DNA of 57,226 nucleotides. It comes from Candidatus Eiseniibacteriota bacterium (GTDB lineage Bacteria; Eisenbacteria; RBG-16-71-46; SZUA-252). A program made the position numbers and the translations under genes. The notes under the pieces are model-generated. The model saw only the letters and a program-made list of their open reading frames with translations. It searched no databases and had not been told where the DNA came from. How positions within the stretch are numbered: position 1 is the first letter of the stretch; every line of letters begins with the position of its first letter. Of the stretch, positions 29,566-39,480 are shown in pieces. The stretch spans positions 1-57,226 of the forward strand of contig DATJGP010000135.1 in NCBI GenBank assembly GCA_035494915.1, in the 5' to 3' direction.

Positions 29566-30126
29566 CTAGCGCTTCAGCCGCGCGATCCAGCTCTCGAACG
29601 CGTCCAGGAATTTCCGGAGGAACACCTTCGTGTCCTCCTTGGCGAGATTCCCATGCTCGTCGAAGTGCCCCGCCGCTCCACCGACATAGGCCTCGGGCTG
29701 CTGCAGCGTCGGCATGTCGAGGAAGACGAGCGCCTGGCGGATGTGATGGTTCGCGCCGAATCCCCCGATCGCGCCCGGAGACACGGTGATCACCGCCGCC
29801 GGCTTCCCCTTGAACGCGCTCTGCCCGGACGGGCGCGATCCCACGTCGATCGCGTTCTTGAGCGCGCCTGGGATGGATCGGTTGTATTCCGGAGAGACGA
29901 AGAGGATGGCGTCCGCCGCCCGGATCCGGTCCCGGAACTCGACCCAGGGGGCGGGCGTTTCCGGCTCGAGGTCCTGGTTGTAGAGCGGGAGTCCGCCGAT
30001 GGGAACGTCGGTGAGCCGAAGCGACGACGGCGCGAGCCCTTCGAGGGCCCGCGCCATCTTGCGGTTCAGCGAATCCCGTCTCAGGCTGCCGATGAGGACG
30101 GCGACCGAGTACGGCCCGTCGGTCAT
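29566..30126 (-). CDS. NADPH-dependent FMN reductase (ChrR/SsuE-like)
   Basis: Motifs GSLRRDSLN, PEYNRSIPGALKNAIDVGSRP, SPGAIGGFGANHH and QQPEAY. Confidence 0.95.
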   Translation of the reverse strand: MTDGPYSVAVLIGSLRRDSLNRKMARALEGLAPSSLRLTDVPIGGLPLYNQDLEPETPAPWVEFRDRIRAADAILFVSPEYNRSIPGALKNAIDVGSRPSGQSAFKGKPAAVITVSPGAIGGFGANHHIRQALVFLDMPTLQQPEAYVGGAAGHFDEHGNLAKEDTKVFLRKFLDAFESWIARLKR

Positions 30127-30779
30127 CGAGAGCCCGTCTTCGCCTCGGTGCCCGGCTGCGGCACGATGCGGATGTACGGCTTCGGCGCCTTCCATCCTTC
30201 CGGGAACCTGTTCTTGGCGTCCTCGTCGTTCAGGCTCGACGCGATGATCACGTCCTGGCCGTGCTTCCAGTTCACAGGCGTCGCCACGGCGTACTTGGCG
30301 GTGAGCTGCAGCGAATCGATGACGCGGAGGATCTCCTCGAAGTTGCGCCCCGTGCTGGCCGGATAGGTCAGCGTGAGCTTGAGCTTGCGGTCGGGGCCCA
30401 CGACGAACACCGAGCGCACCGTGAGGGTGTCGTTCGCGTTCGGGTGGATCATGCCGTAGAGATCCGACACCTTGCGATCGTGGTCGGCGATGAGCGGGAA
30501 GTTGAGCGCGTGTCCCTGCGTCTCCCGGATGTCCTCGGCCCACTTGCTGTGCGCGTCGATCGGATCCACGCTGAGTCCGGCGACCTTCACGTTCCGCTTC
30601 TCGAACTCGGGCTTGAGGCGCGACACCTCGCCCAGCTCGGTCGTGCAGACCGGGGTGAAGTCCTTCGGGTGCGAGAAGAGGACCGCCCACCCGTCGCCCA
30701 TCCACTCGTGGAAGTTGATGGTGCCCTGCGTGGTGGTCGCCGTGAAATCGGGAACGGGGTCGCCCAGCTGAAGCGGCAT
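30123..30779 (-). CDS. 1-Cys peroxiredoxin (Prx6 family)
   Basis: Motifs FSHPKDFTPVCTTE, TVRSVF, YPASTGRNFEEILR and ATPVNW. Confidence 0.96.
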   Translation of the reverse strand: MPLQLGDPVPDFTATTTQGTINFHEWMGDGWAVLFSHPKDFTPVCTTELGEVSRLKPEFEKRNVKVAGLSVDPIDAHSKWAEDIRETQGHALNFPLIADHDRKVSDLYGMIHPNANDTLTVRSVFVVGPDRKLKLTLTYPASTGRNFEEILRVIDSLQLTAKYAVATPVNWKHGQDVIIASSLNDEDAKNRFPEGWKAPKPYIRIVPQPGTEAKTGSR

Positions 30780-30888
30780 CTCGAGCCTCCCAAAGGTAGT
30801 GGTCCCAACGCGGGGAGCGGAAGGCGAAAACTATAGCACTCTGCGAGCACGTTCCCAACGGCCCGCTCCGGCGGTTACTCTCAGCGTC

Positions 30889-32331
30889 ATGGACTCACCC
30901 CTCGGCACCATTCGCGAGATCGGCGCCTCCTTCCGGCGCGGGGCGGTGTCGCCGACCGCCCTCGTCGAGCGGTGCTTCGCGCGCATCGACGCGATCGACC
31001 CCGCGCTCCATTCGTTCCTGAGGCTCACGCGGGATCGCGCCCTCGGGGAGGCCCGGGCAGCAGAGGCCGCGCTCCGCGCGGGCGCGGATACGGGCCCGCT
31101 CCAGGGAATTCCCTACGCGGCCAAGGAGCTGTTCGACGTTCGGGACGAGCCGAGCACGGGTGGAACGCATCTCCTCGAGCACCGGATCGCGCGCGACGAC
31201 GCCGAAGCGGTGCGGCGCCTCGCCTCGGCCGGGATGGCGCTCGTCGGCAAGACCCACACGGTGCAGCTCGCGTACGGCATGGTGGGTGTGAACAACGATC
31301 AGGGCACGCCACGCAATCCCTGGAGCCGCGTTCCCCATGCGACCGGGGGATCCTCCAGCGGGAGCGCGGTCGCCGTGGCTGCCGGATTCGTGCCGATGGC
31401 TCTCGGTACCGACACCGGCGGATCGGTGCGCGTACCCGCGGCGCTGTGCGGTGTGGTCGGACTCAAGACGACGGTCGGCCAGGTCAGCCGCGCCGGAGTG
31501 CACGCGCTCAGCTGGACCCTGGACAGCGTCGGGCCGATCACGCGCACGGTCGAGGACGCGGCGCTCGTCTACCAGGAGCTCCAGGGGGCCGACTCGCGCG
31601 ACGATGCGACGTCGCGGGCCGCGCCGCGTGATGTCCTCTCCACCCTCGAGGATGGCGTGGGCGGCCTTCGAATCCGCTTCGCCGAGACCTTGTTCTTCCA
31701 CGATCTCGATCCTGACGTCGAGCGCGCCGTGCGAGACACGGGCGAGGTCTTCCGCTCCCTGGGCGCTGACGTCGATTCGATGGAGGTGCCGGAGATCGCC
31801 GAGGCGTGGACGCTCCCCAAGCGCGCGCTCCTCGTCGCGTCGGAAGGGATCGCGGCAAACCGGAAGCTCTTCGACGAGCACTTCCACGAGCTCGATCCCA
31901 TCGTGGCGCTTCGCATGGCGCCGGGACGCGAGCTCGAGGGGGCGGACTACCTCATTCTCCTCCGCTCGATCGCCGAGCTTCGTGACCGGCTCCAACAGCG
32001 GCTTCGAGGCGTGGATGCGCTCCTCGTTCCCACGGCCATGGTCCCGGCCCGGCCGCTCGAGGGGCTCGACAAGCCCACCCAGGACTACTTCGACTACAAC
32101 CTGAAGCTCAACCGGAACGCCGGCCTCGGCAACCTGCTCGGTCTCTGTGGCGTCTCGGTTCCCTGCGGCTTCACCGCCCTGGGCCTCCCGATCGGGCTCA
32201 TGGTCTACGCGCTCCCGTTCCGGGAGGACCTTGCCCTGCGGGTCGCCCACGCCTACGAGCGAGCGGCCGCCTGGACGCCCCGGGTGCCCGATCTTTCCTG
32301 GGCCGTAACGCCCACGCTACCAACGCCTTAA
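30889..32331 (+). CDS. Amidase signature family protein
   Basis: Motifs GPLQGIPYAAKE, GKTH, GGSSSGSAVAVA and GTDTGGSVRVPA. Confidence 0.93.
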   Translation: MDSPLGTIREIGASFRRGAVSPTALVERCFARIDAIDPALHSFLRLTRDRALGEARAAEAALRAGADTGPLQGIPYAAKELFDVRDEPSTGGTHLLEHRIARDDAEAVRRLASAGMALVGKTHTVQLAYGMVGVNNDQGTPRNPWSRVPHATGGSSSGSAVAVAAGFVPMALGTDTGGSVRVPAALCGVVGLKTTVGQVSRAGVHALSWTLDSVGPITRTVEDAALVYQELQGADSRDDATSRAAPRDVLSTLEDGVGGLRIRFAETLFFHDLDPDVERAVRDTGEVFRSLGADVDSMEVPEIAEAWTLPKRALLVASEGIAANRKLFDEHFHELDPIVALRMAPGRELEGADYLILLRSIAELRDRLQQRLRGVDALLVPTAMVPARPLEGLDKPTQDYFDYNLKLNRNAGLGNLLGLCGVSVPCGFTALGLPIGLMVYALPFREDLALRVAHAYERAAAWTPRVPDLSWAVTPTLPTP

Positions 32332-32334
32332 GCC

Positions 32335-32393
32335 TCGCCACAAACTGCAGGGCGGCTGCCACGGATCTGCCACAGGTCCAGGCGTCTTACGGT
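32335..32393 (+). promoter_or_regulatory. Tandem direct repeats of about 11-bp period upstream of a candidate -10 box
   Basis: tcgccacaaa / ctgcagggcgg / ctgccacggat / ctgccacaggt, then TACGGT at 32388-32393. Confidence 0.5.
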
Positions 32394-32487
32394 ACAGACA
32401 CGGGCAGGGGGCTCGTGCCGGGCAGGCCGAGGCGCCAAGGCTTCGGTGGCCACTGACCCCCCAGGGTGAGAACCCGAGGATAGGACC

Positions 32488-33063
32488 ATGAATCGACGCA
32501 CGGTTTGGAGTCTCGCGCTGGCGGCTCTCGTCACCGCCTTCATGACGGTCGACGCGTCGGCCCGCACCATCGTCCCGACGCCGAATTTGAGCGGCACGTG
32601 GCGTCTCGATCAGCGCCACAGCGACAGCAGCGCCGGCCGGGACTTCGGCAACCGCGGCGGGGCCGCGGACCTGACGCTCCCCCGAAGGATCCAGATCACG
32701 CAGGGCCCGAACCGCCTTCGCGTGACGAACCGCCAGGGTGACCTGGTCCAGATGGTCCTGCTGGACGACCACTTTGGATTCGGCGGGCGTGATCGCGACA
32801 ACGGCCGGTACGGCAACAACGGCCGCTTCGGCAACAACGACAGCGATTGGAACGGCTACCAGAATCAAAGTGGACGCGAGGTGCTCGTCGGCCAGTGGCA
32901 TGGCTCCATGCTCGTAGCCGAGCAGACGGGAGCGCGCGGCACGCAGGTGACGCAGACGTTCCGGCTCGCGAACGGCGGCCGCACGCTGGTGGTGCGCACC
33001 GAAGTCGCCCGGGGCCGCTTCGGCCAGACGATGCAGATCGACCAGGTGTTCCAGCGGGCGTAA
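32488..33063 (+). CDS. Secreted hypothetical beta-barrel-like protein with a G/N/R-rich insert
   Basis: Signal peptide; 'PNLSGTWRLDQRHSD' and 'TQTFRLANGGRTLVV'. Confidence 0.75.
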   Translation: MNRRTVWSLALAALVTAFMTVDASARTIVPTPNLSGTWRLDQRHSDSSAGRDFGNRGGAADLTLPRRIQITQGPNRLRVTNRQGDLVQMVLLDDHFGFGGRDRDNGRYGNNGRFGNNDSDWNGYQNQSGREVLVGQWHGSMLVAEQTGARGTQVTQTFRLANGGRTLVVRTEVARGRFGQTMQIDQVFQRA

Positions 33064-33119
33064 CGACGACAACCAACGGGCGAGCCTTCCGCCCGGGGCC
33101 GTGCAGGCCTGAGATGCGA

Positions 33120-33147
33120 ACGGCGCCGTCCACCCGGGCGGCGCCGT
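33120..33147. terminator. Hairpin between convergent genes
   Basis: Stem acggcgccgtcc/gggcggcgccgt. Confidence 0.5.
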
Positions 33148-33169
33148 CACGCTTTCATGGAGTCTCGGT

Positions 33170-33673
33170 CTAGTCGAATTCGAACTTGGGATCGGGCGGC
33201 GTCTGATCGAGGCCCACGCGTCCGATCCGGATGTCCGCGCGATTGTAGCTCTCCCCCTTCATCTTGAATCCGGAGAGGCGCCTCAGCATGGCGAGCTGCC
33301 CCGTGTGCGTGAGCGCGTCCGCGAGCGCGCCCTGGAACAGGCGAGCCGGCTCGTACTGGATCGTGGCTCCCGATGCGAGATAAGCGTCGAGCGCGCCGAG
33401 CGACGTGAAGAAGCGCCGGATCTCCTCGTCCCAGGGAAGGGGCGTCGCCTGCGTGAAGCTCGGCTTCCCCTCCGCCGTGCGAAGCGCCCAGTCCATCAGA
33501 TCCCCCATGTGCGCGAGGATCTCGACCACAGAGGTCGACTGGGGCGTGGCGCGAAAGCCGCCGAACTCCTGGGGAGTCCCTCGGACCGTTTTCCCCGCGC
33601 GGTACGCGAGCGTGGCCAGGGTGTGTCTCAGGAACGCGCGAATACTGGGATCGGATGCGTCGAGGTCGGTCAT
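33170..33673 (-). CDS. DinB/YfiT-like four-helix bundle protein
   Basis: 'LRHTLATLAYR', 'EILAHMGDL' and 'ADALTHTGQLAMLRR'. Confidence 0.8.
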   Translation of the reverse strand: MTDLDASDPSIRAFLRHTLATLAYRAGKTVRGTPQEFGGFRATPQSTSVVEILAHMGDLMDWALRTAEGKPSFTQATPLPWDEEIRRFFTSLGALDAYLASGATIQYEPARLFQGALADALTHTGQLAMLRRLSGFKMKGESYNRADIRIGRVGLDQTPPDPKFEFD

Positions 33674-33727
33674 GAGTGTCCCCCAGGAGCGAAGCCGGCG
33701 AATCGGACCGCCCGAGCCTACGCGCCC

Positions 33728-33756
33728 TTGCCGAACGGGGCAACGCTGGATACCCT
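33728..33756 (+). promoter_or_regulatory. Candidate sigma70 promoter for the META lipoprotein
   Basis: TTGCCG-N17-TACCCT. Confidence 0.45.
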
Positions 33757-33814
33757 CTGGGGCCCCGGCCATCCGCCGGGAGCCCTTTCATCCCAATCGA
33801 GGAGGCCCAACCCG

Positions 33815-34780
33815 GTGTTCGACCGTCGGCTCGTTTCTCTCTGCCTCGCGCTCGCGCTCATCCTTCCCGCCTGCGGCAAGCGCGAACCCGAACCGCCCCA
33901 GACCGAAACGCCGGAGAAGGAGCCGATGATCACGCTTCCGGTGGTCGAGAACATGACCTACCTGGGTCTCGAGGAAGGCGTCGCCGTCACGCTCGATCAC
34001 GGACGGTGGCAGAGCGACACGGCGGTCCCGGGAAGCGACGCGCGCGCGACCGTCACCCTCGTGCGCCACTTCGTCCTCATCGGGGACGTGGACGGGGACA
34101 ACTCCGAGGACGGGCTCGTCTTCCTGGAAGGGCGCGAAGGCGGGAGCAGCACCAACATGTACTGGGCTCTGATACAGCACCGAGACGACGAGATCGTGAA
34201 CACCGCCATTCGCCGGATCGGCGATCGCGTCCAGATCCGGGCGGCTCGATTCGAGCACGATCGCATCCTACTCGACGTGGTCCAGGCCGGCCCGGACGAC
34301 GAGCTCGATTTTCCCGGCCAGCTCTCGACCCTCATCTGGGAATGGAACTCGGGGACCTGGCAGGTGCGGACGAACCCCAATCCGCCCGATCGGCTGTCCC
34401 TGAACACGATCGAGGGCACGCGCTGGCGGCTCCGCGCCCTCAACGACAGCACGTCGACGCCAGACTCGCCCGAGGTGACTCTGTCGTATTCGGGCGGCCG
34501 CTTCTCGGGGAAGGCGGGCTGCAACACCTACTCGGCCGCGGTTCGCGTGAAGCACGCCCCCGGAGAGATCGGCGTCACCCCTCCCGTGGCGACGCGCATG
34601 GCCTGCGCCGACTCCGTCATGCGCCTGGAATCGCGCTTCCTGTCGCTCCTCGCGAAGGCGGACCGCTTCGGGTTCGCCGCGACGGATCTCCTCCTCGAGT
34701 ATCCGTCGGGCGACCTGAAAGAGCGCCTCTACTTCGAGCGCATCACGTCAGAGGGTGGCCACGGCGAGCTTTCGCCGTAG
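33815..34780 (+). CDS. META (HslJ-like) domain lipoprotein
   Basis: GGAGG SD and GTG start; lipobox LPAC; C-terminal 'GTRWRL...SGKAGCNTY...ATRMAC...LESRFLSLL'. Confidence 0.87.
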   Translation: MFDRRLVSLCLALALILPACGKREPEPPQTETPEKEPMITLPVVENMTYLGLEEGVAVTLDHGRWQSDTAVPGSDARATVTLVRHFVLIGDVDGDNSEDGLVFLEGREGGSSTNMYWALIQHRDDEIVNTAIRRIGDRVQIRAARFEHDRILLDVVQAGPDDELDFPGQLSTLIWEWNSGTWQVRTNPNPPDRLSLNTIEGTRWRLRALNDSTSTPDSPEVTLSYSGGRFSGKAGCNTYSAAVRVKHAPGEIGVTPPVATRMACADSVMRLESRFLSLLAKADRFGFAATDLLLEYPSGDLKERLYFERITSEGGHGELSP

Positions 34781-37700
34781 CTGGAGCACGCGGACGTCGG
34801 GATCGACCACGATCCGCTCCGGCTTGAAATCGCAGTGGAGCGTGACCGTGCGCGATTCCCCCGCGCCGAGGGTGACGGTCGTGCGCGCGTCATGGTAGGC
34901 GGGGTTCGGCGTGGAGGCCGGGCCCGTCGCGTCCTTCGCCTTCGTCCAGCGCTCCCCCTCGGCGGCCGCGATCTCGACCGGCATGATGCCGGTGCCGATG
35001 TTCTTCACCGTCGCGGTCACGGTGTAGCCCGGCCCGGCCGTGATCCGCTTCGCGCCGGAGACGCGGTACTCGGGCACGACCCTGTCCTCCATCCACTGCT
35101 TCACGAACGCGTCGTAGGCAACCGGGTCCTGCGCGTAGGGGCGCATGGCCGCGACGAAATCCTGGAGCGCCGGATGGTCGCGGCTCACGCTCCAGGTCTG
35201 GATGAAGTTCCGGTAACCCGCGAGCGCGCGATCGTGTCCCAGGTAGTCGTACAGCATCCAGAAGACCCACCCTCCCCGGTCGTAGAGAACGGTGTTGTCC
35301 GCGTCGCGCTTTCCGTCCACGTCGTACATGGCGCGCTCATCGTCCACGCGCCGCCGGTCGTTGTAGCGCGACTCGATCCCCTTCGCGAACTCCATCCGCG
35401 CGGCCGGCCCCTTCACCTGGTTGAAGAGGAGCATGGTCGAGAAATGCGCCGCCCCCTCGCTCAGGAAGTCGCCGTTCGGGCCGTCGGCCGGGGTGAGGAT
35501 GTTGCCCCACCACTGGTGCGCGGCCTCGTGGGCGGTGACGAGGAAGGTCGCGTCCGTCTTGTCGTCGTTCCGCGTCAGGAAGCCGATGTTCTCGCTGAAG
35601 GTGATGTTGGTGCCAAAGCCCTGCGCGTAGCCGGCGAGCGCCGGGAACTCCGATAGCTTGAGCTCCTTCCACGGGTAGGGCAGGAACCACTCGGAGTAAT
35701 ATTTCCGCGCGGCGTCGAGCGTGGTCGACATCTCGCCGATGTTGTACGGATGCACGGCGCTGTAATAGATCGTCGTGCCGTGCCCCTCCTTCTCCTTCCA
35801 TCGCCCGCAGACCACGTTCAGGATCTTGACCGGATGGTCGGTGGTCTCCCAGACCTGCGTCCTCTGGCCGTTCTTCACCGTGTTGCTGGTGCACACGCCG
35901 ACCGAGTTCAGGGTGTACGCCTCCGGGCCGGTCACCGAGATGCGGGCCGGGAACCATGCCGTGGCACCGAACCCGGCGCGGGTGACCCCCTTCCAGTAGT
36001 CGCGCGGGTAGCGGCGCGGCTCGAGCTTGTTCTCCTTCGTCTCCCCCACCGCGTCCATGTAGCCCACGACCGGCATGAAGCTGGGCGTGAAGCCGGTCAG
36101 GACGACGCCCGACGGAAGGATGAACTCGTCCGTGTTCTCGCCGTTCTTGGTGACGCCGCGAGGGAACCGTCCGTCGAAGCTCCACCCCAGGACCACGCTG
36201 TCCCCGGGAGCCAGCGGGTGTGGCGGCTCGATCACGTAGAGATGCTCCGTGGTCTCGGGCTTGTACTCCTTCCCGTTCATCGTCCAGGCCACATGCTCCC
36301 AGTGCTGCGCTCCCGTCAGCGGGAACCGTGCGAGCGTGGAGTCGCTGCCGTTCACGAGCGTGAGCGTGCCCTTGCTCACGATTCCGTGTGTCGCGGGATC
36401 GAGCTTGAGCGCGATGTCCGCGCGGCCGATGTCGGGAAGCGGCGCGTTGATCCACGTCTTCAGATTTTTCGCCCAGTAATCCTTGCCCGCCTTCTTCGCC
36501 ACCCCGCCGCCGACGCCATCGTGGATCTGGAACAGAAGGGTGCAGATCGCGATCGCAGGCACGGCCGCGTAGGGCGAGAGCCGGACCAACGACCCCATGA
36601 GGCTCTTGGGTGAGAGCCTGTGGATCGTCTGCACCGCATCCGAGCCCCGTCGCGCGAAGAGACGGACCGCCAGCACCGTGAAGAAGACGGCGAGCCCGAG
36701 CACGCCGATCCGGTTCCACACGAGCGCCGTCCGATCGGTCTCGAAGAAGCCGAGATCGCTCCAGCGGAGCGCGCCCCACAGCGGCCAGTTGAACGCCCAG
36801 CTGATCTGCTTGAAGAGGGCCTTGAAGAGCGTGAGGGCGAGCGCGGCGAGCGCGATGCCGTACGCCGCGTAGCGGTTCCCCACCCAGGCATAGGCGGCCG
36901 TGACGAACGCGGTCCAGGCCAGGAACGTCGGGATGAGAAGGATCCCCCATACGAGCGTGAACGGCACGATGGAGAAGGGCACCGTGTGCTGCACCAGCAC
37001 CGCGATGAAGGACGCGATGAGACAGGCCACGAGGACAGCCGCCCCGATGAGCGCGTTCGCGAGCGCTTTGCCCGCCAGGAGCGCGCCGGTCCGGATCGGC
37101 GTGGCGTAGACGATCGGCGCGAGATCGGCCGCGCGCTCGCGCTCCAGCGATTCGACGGTGTAGAACATGAGGAGCAGGCACAACCAGCCGGTCAGCTGTC
37201 CCGCGAGCTGGACGGCGGTGATACCGGGCGTGAGCAGGATCGGCGTGTCGAACGCCCCCACCGCCACGAGCTCGCTGCCGAGCGACTGGAGCAGGATCAG
37301 CGGAATGAAGACGTAGAGTCCCTTCTGGCGGGAGAGCTCGCGCATCTCGGCGCCCGCCACCGCCCGGATGCTGGCGAGGAAGGACGGCCGTTTCGCGGTC
37401 ATTCCGAGCGCCGCCACGCCCTGAGCGCCTTCCGGCCAGGGGTTGAGCGCGGGGGCGCCGGCGTCGGCCTCCACCTTGACCTTCTTCACGCGGGACGCAA
37501 TCGCACCCCGCTTGGCGTGCGCCACCGACCTCTGCGTCAAGAGCACCGACCCGAGGCCAATCGCGATCATGGCGAGCCGGTTGATCCAGAAGAGGCCGTC
37601 ATAGGCGACATGCGCCTTGTTGTAGTACGCGACGCCTCGATCCACTTTGAGGAGCGCCTCGTTCAGCCAGCGATATCCGGACGGATCCAGTACCTGTAAA

Positions 37701-38356
37701 AGGCGGTTGACCCGCCAGTCGAGCCAGGACGGAGACCACGTCCAGAGGAAGAAGCCGCAGACGAGGAGCAGGGCGACCGACATGAAGAAGACCAGGATTC
37801 CGTTCTGCGTCCGCTGCCCCACGAACATGGCGAGGCCGGCGTAGAAGACGAGGAACGGGAGCCCGATGGTGAGCACCGGCAGGCCGTAGCTCACGAGCGA
37901 GAAGGGGCCCCGGATCTCGTTGGCGTTCGCATTCGGCACCACGTGGTTGAAGAACGCGTTCACCGCTACCTGCCACGCGAGGAGCACCACGAAGCCGGTC
38001 GTGATCGCGAGGTAGCGTCCCCACACGTACTCGCCGGCGGTGAGCGGTGTCGAGTAGAGGAGCGTGTCCACCTTGGTCTCTCGGTCGCGAATGAGGGTGA
38101 GCCCGGCCCCGATCGCGATGAAGAACGCGTAATAGAGGAGCACGATGTACGTCATCATCTGCGTCTGCGCGAATTCGGAAGTGATCCACGCTTTCGTGCC
38201 GCCGACGGCGCTGTCCCCCGAGGAGATCTGGACGTGACCCGTGGAGAGCCCCCATCCGTTCAGAAGGAGCATGAGCCCCAGGATGATGAAGAGGGGGCGG
38301 CGGAAGGTGTGGCTGAGCTCGACCCAGTAGGTCGCGCCAAAGCGGCGGAGACTCAT
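34748..38356 (-). CDS. ABC-2 type permease fused to an M1-family aminopeptidase domain
   Basis: Two multi-TM permease modules ('IRDRETKVDTLLYSTP', 'ERERAADLAPIVYATP') and C-terminal 'HEAAHQWWGN...LSEG' (HEXXH...E) plus 'YDRGGWV'. Confidence 0.9.
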   Translation of the reverse strand: MSLRRFGATYWVELSHTFRRPLFIILGLMLLLNGWGLSTGHVQISSGDSAVGGTKAWITSEFAQTQMMTYIVLLYYAFFIAIGAGLTLIRDRETKVDTLLYSTPLTAGEYVWGRYLAITTGFVVLLAWQVAVNAFFNHVVPNANANEIRGPFSLVSYGLPVLTIGLPFLVFYAGLAMFVGQRTQNGILVFFMSVALLLVCGFFLWTWSPSWLDWRVNRLLQVLDPSGYRWLNEALLKVDRGVAYYNKAHVAYDGLFWINRLAMIAIGLGSVLLTQRSVAHAKRGAIASRVKKVKVEADAGAPALNPWPEGAQGVAALGMTAKRPSFLASIRAVAGAEMRELSRQKGLYVFIPLILLQSLGSELVAVGAFDTPILLTPGITAVQLAGQLTGWLCLLLMFYTVESLERERAADLAPIVYATPIRTGALLAGKALANALIGAAVLVACLIASFIAVLVQHTVPFSIVPFTLVWGILLIPTFLAWTAFVTAAYAWVGNRYAAYGIALAALALTLFKALFKQISWAFNWPLWGALRWSDLGFFETDRTALVWNRIGVLGLAVFFTVLAVRLFARRGSDAVQTIHRLSPKSLMGSLVRLSPYAAVPAIAICTLLFQIHDGVGGGVAKKAGKDYWAKNLKTWINAPLPDIGRADIALKLDPATHGIVSKGTLTLVNGSDSTLARFPLTGAQHWEHVAWTMNGKEYKPETTEHLYVIEPPHPLAPGDSVVLGWSFDGRFPRGVTKNGENTDEFILPSGVVLTGFTPSFMPVVGYMDAVGETKENKLEPRRYPRDYWKGVTRAGFGATAWFPARISVTGPEAYTLNSVGVCTSNTVKNGQRTQVWETTDHPVKILNVVCGRWKEKEGHGTTIYYSAVHPYNIGEMSTTLDAARKYYSEWFLPYPWKELKLSEFPALAGYAQGFGTNITFSENIGFLTRNDDKTDATFLVTAHEAAHQWWGNILTPADGPNGDFLSEGAAHFSTMLLFNQVKGPAARMEFAKGIESRYNDRRRVDDERAMYDVDGKRDADNTVLYDRGGWVFWMLYDYLGHDRALAGYRNFIQTWSVSRDHPALQDFVAAMRPYAQDPVAYDAFVKQWMEDRVVPEYRVSGAKRITAGPGYTVTATVKNIGTGIMPVEIAAAEGERWTKAKDATGPASTPNPAYHDARTTVTLGAGESRTVTLHCDFKPERIVVDPDVRVLQLRRKLAVATL

Positions 38357-39315
38357 CGTTCCGCTCCTGCCTGGGGCGCGATCGCACCCGGCACTCCGTC
38401 GCCCCGTTGGATGGGCGGGCTCGCGCCGCGATCGCGCGACGGGAGGGCGCCCAGGCGCATGAGGACGAGGTATGCGTCCTCGAGCGTCACCGGAACCGGA
38501 GCGAATCCCTCCGGCGGCGTGCCCGACGGCTCGTAGAGGCGCGCCTTGTTCTTCCCTTCCACGAGGAGCGCCTGCGTCACCACGCGCTCCGCGCGGAGCC
38601 GCGGCAGGTCCGCCACCTCGACCGTTCCCTCGTACATGCACCCCGCGATCGCGGACCGCGCCTCGCCCGGCGTGGTGACCGCGAGCAAGCGTCCCGACCG
38701 GATCACGGCAAAGCGAGGACAGAGCACCGCGACGTCCTCGACGATGTGGGTCGAGAGGATCACGATCCGGTCCTGCGCGAGCTCGGAGAGGAGATGGTAG
38801 AAGCGGAGGCGTTCCTCGGGGTCGAGGCCCGCCGTCGGCTCGTCGACGATGATGAGGCGCGGATGGCCGGCGATCGCCTGAGCGATGCCGAGGCGCTGGC
38901 GCATGCCGCCGGAGTAGCCCTTCACCGCGCGCTTCGCGGCGTGGCTCAGGTTGACGCGCTCGAGGAGCTCGGCGACGAGCTTCTTCAGTCCCTGCGGCGC
39001 GGTCACGCCCTTCAGCTCGAGGAGATGCGTGAGCATCGCCTGCCCGCTCAGATGCGGATAGAAGCCGAACTCCTGAGGCAGGTATCCGAGCCGCGGCCAG
39101 AGCGTCTCGGGCCGGCTCAGGGTGTCGGCGCCATCCAGGGTCACCGAGCCGGAGGTCGGCTCGAGCAGGCCGGCCAGGATCTTCATGAAGGTCGACTTCC
39201 CGGCGCCGTTCGGACCCAGGAGTCCGAACATTCCGGGGGCCACATCGAGATCGACGCCGTTCAAGGCGGTGACCGGGCCGGGATAGACCTTCACCAGGCC
39301 GCGCGTGCTAAGCAT
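38353..39315 (-). CDS. ABC transporter ATP-binding protein
   Basis: Motifs GPNGAGKST, YSGGMRQR, IIVDEPTAGLD and STH. Confidence 0.96.
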   Translation of the reverse strand: MLSTRGLVKVYPGPVTALNGVDLDVAPGMFGLLGPNGAGKSTFMKILAGLLEPTSGSVTLDGADTLSRPETLWPRLGYLPQEFGFYPHLSGQAMLTHLLELKGVTAPQGLKKLVAELLERVNLSHAAKRAVKGYSGGMRQRLGIAQAIAGHPRLIIVDEPTAGLDPEERLRFYHLLSELAQDRIVILSTHIVEDVAVLCPRFAVIRSGRLLAVTTPGEARSAIAGCMYEGTVEVADLPRLRAERVVTQALLVEGKNKARLYEPSGTPPEGFAPVPVTLEDAYLVLMRLGALPSRDRGASPPIQRGDGVPGAIAPQAGAER

Positions 39316-39480
39316 GAGATCCTCCTCGTGGGGTTGGGACTCGAGGCCGGCGCCATCCGGACGCACGGAGGGAGCGACGTCCGTGCGCCCCGCGATGTCC
39401 CGCGGCGCCTGACATCGTCCCATACGCCACCTCGAGCTTCCATGTTTCGAAAGAGCGGCCTCCGACGGGTCGGAGCGAGA

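Noticed and set aside
29566-30858. Peroxiredoxin-FMN reductase frameshift fusion
   Set aside because: The two genes have a normal 4-bp stop/start overlap and the reductase has its own ATG. The upstream extension is an off-frame shadow.
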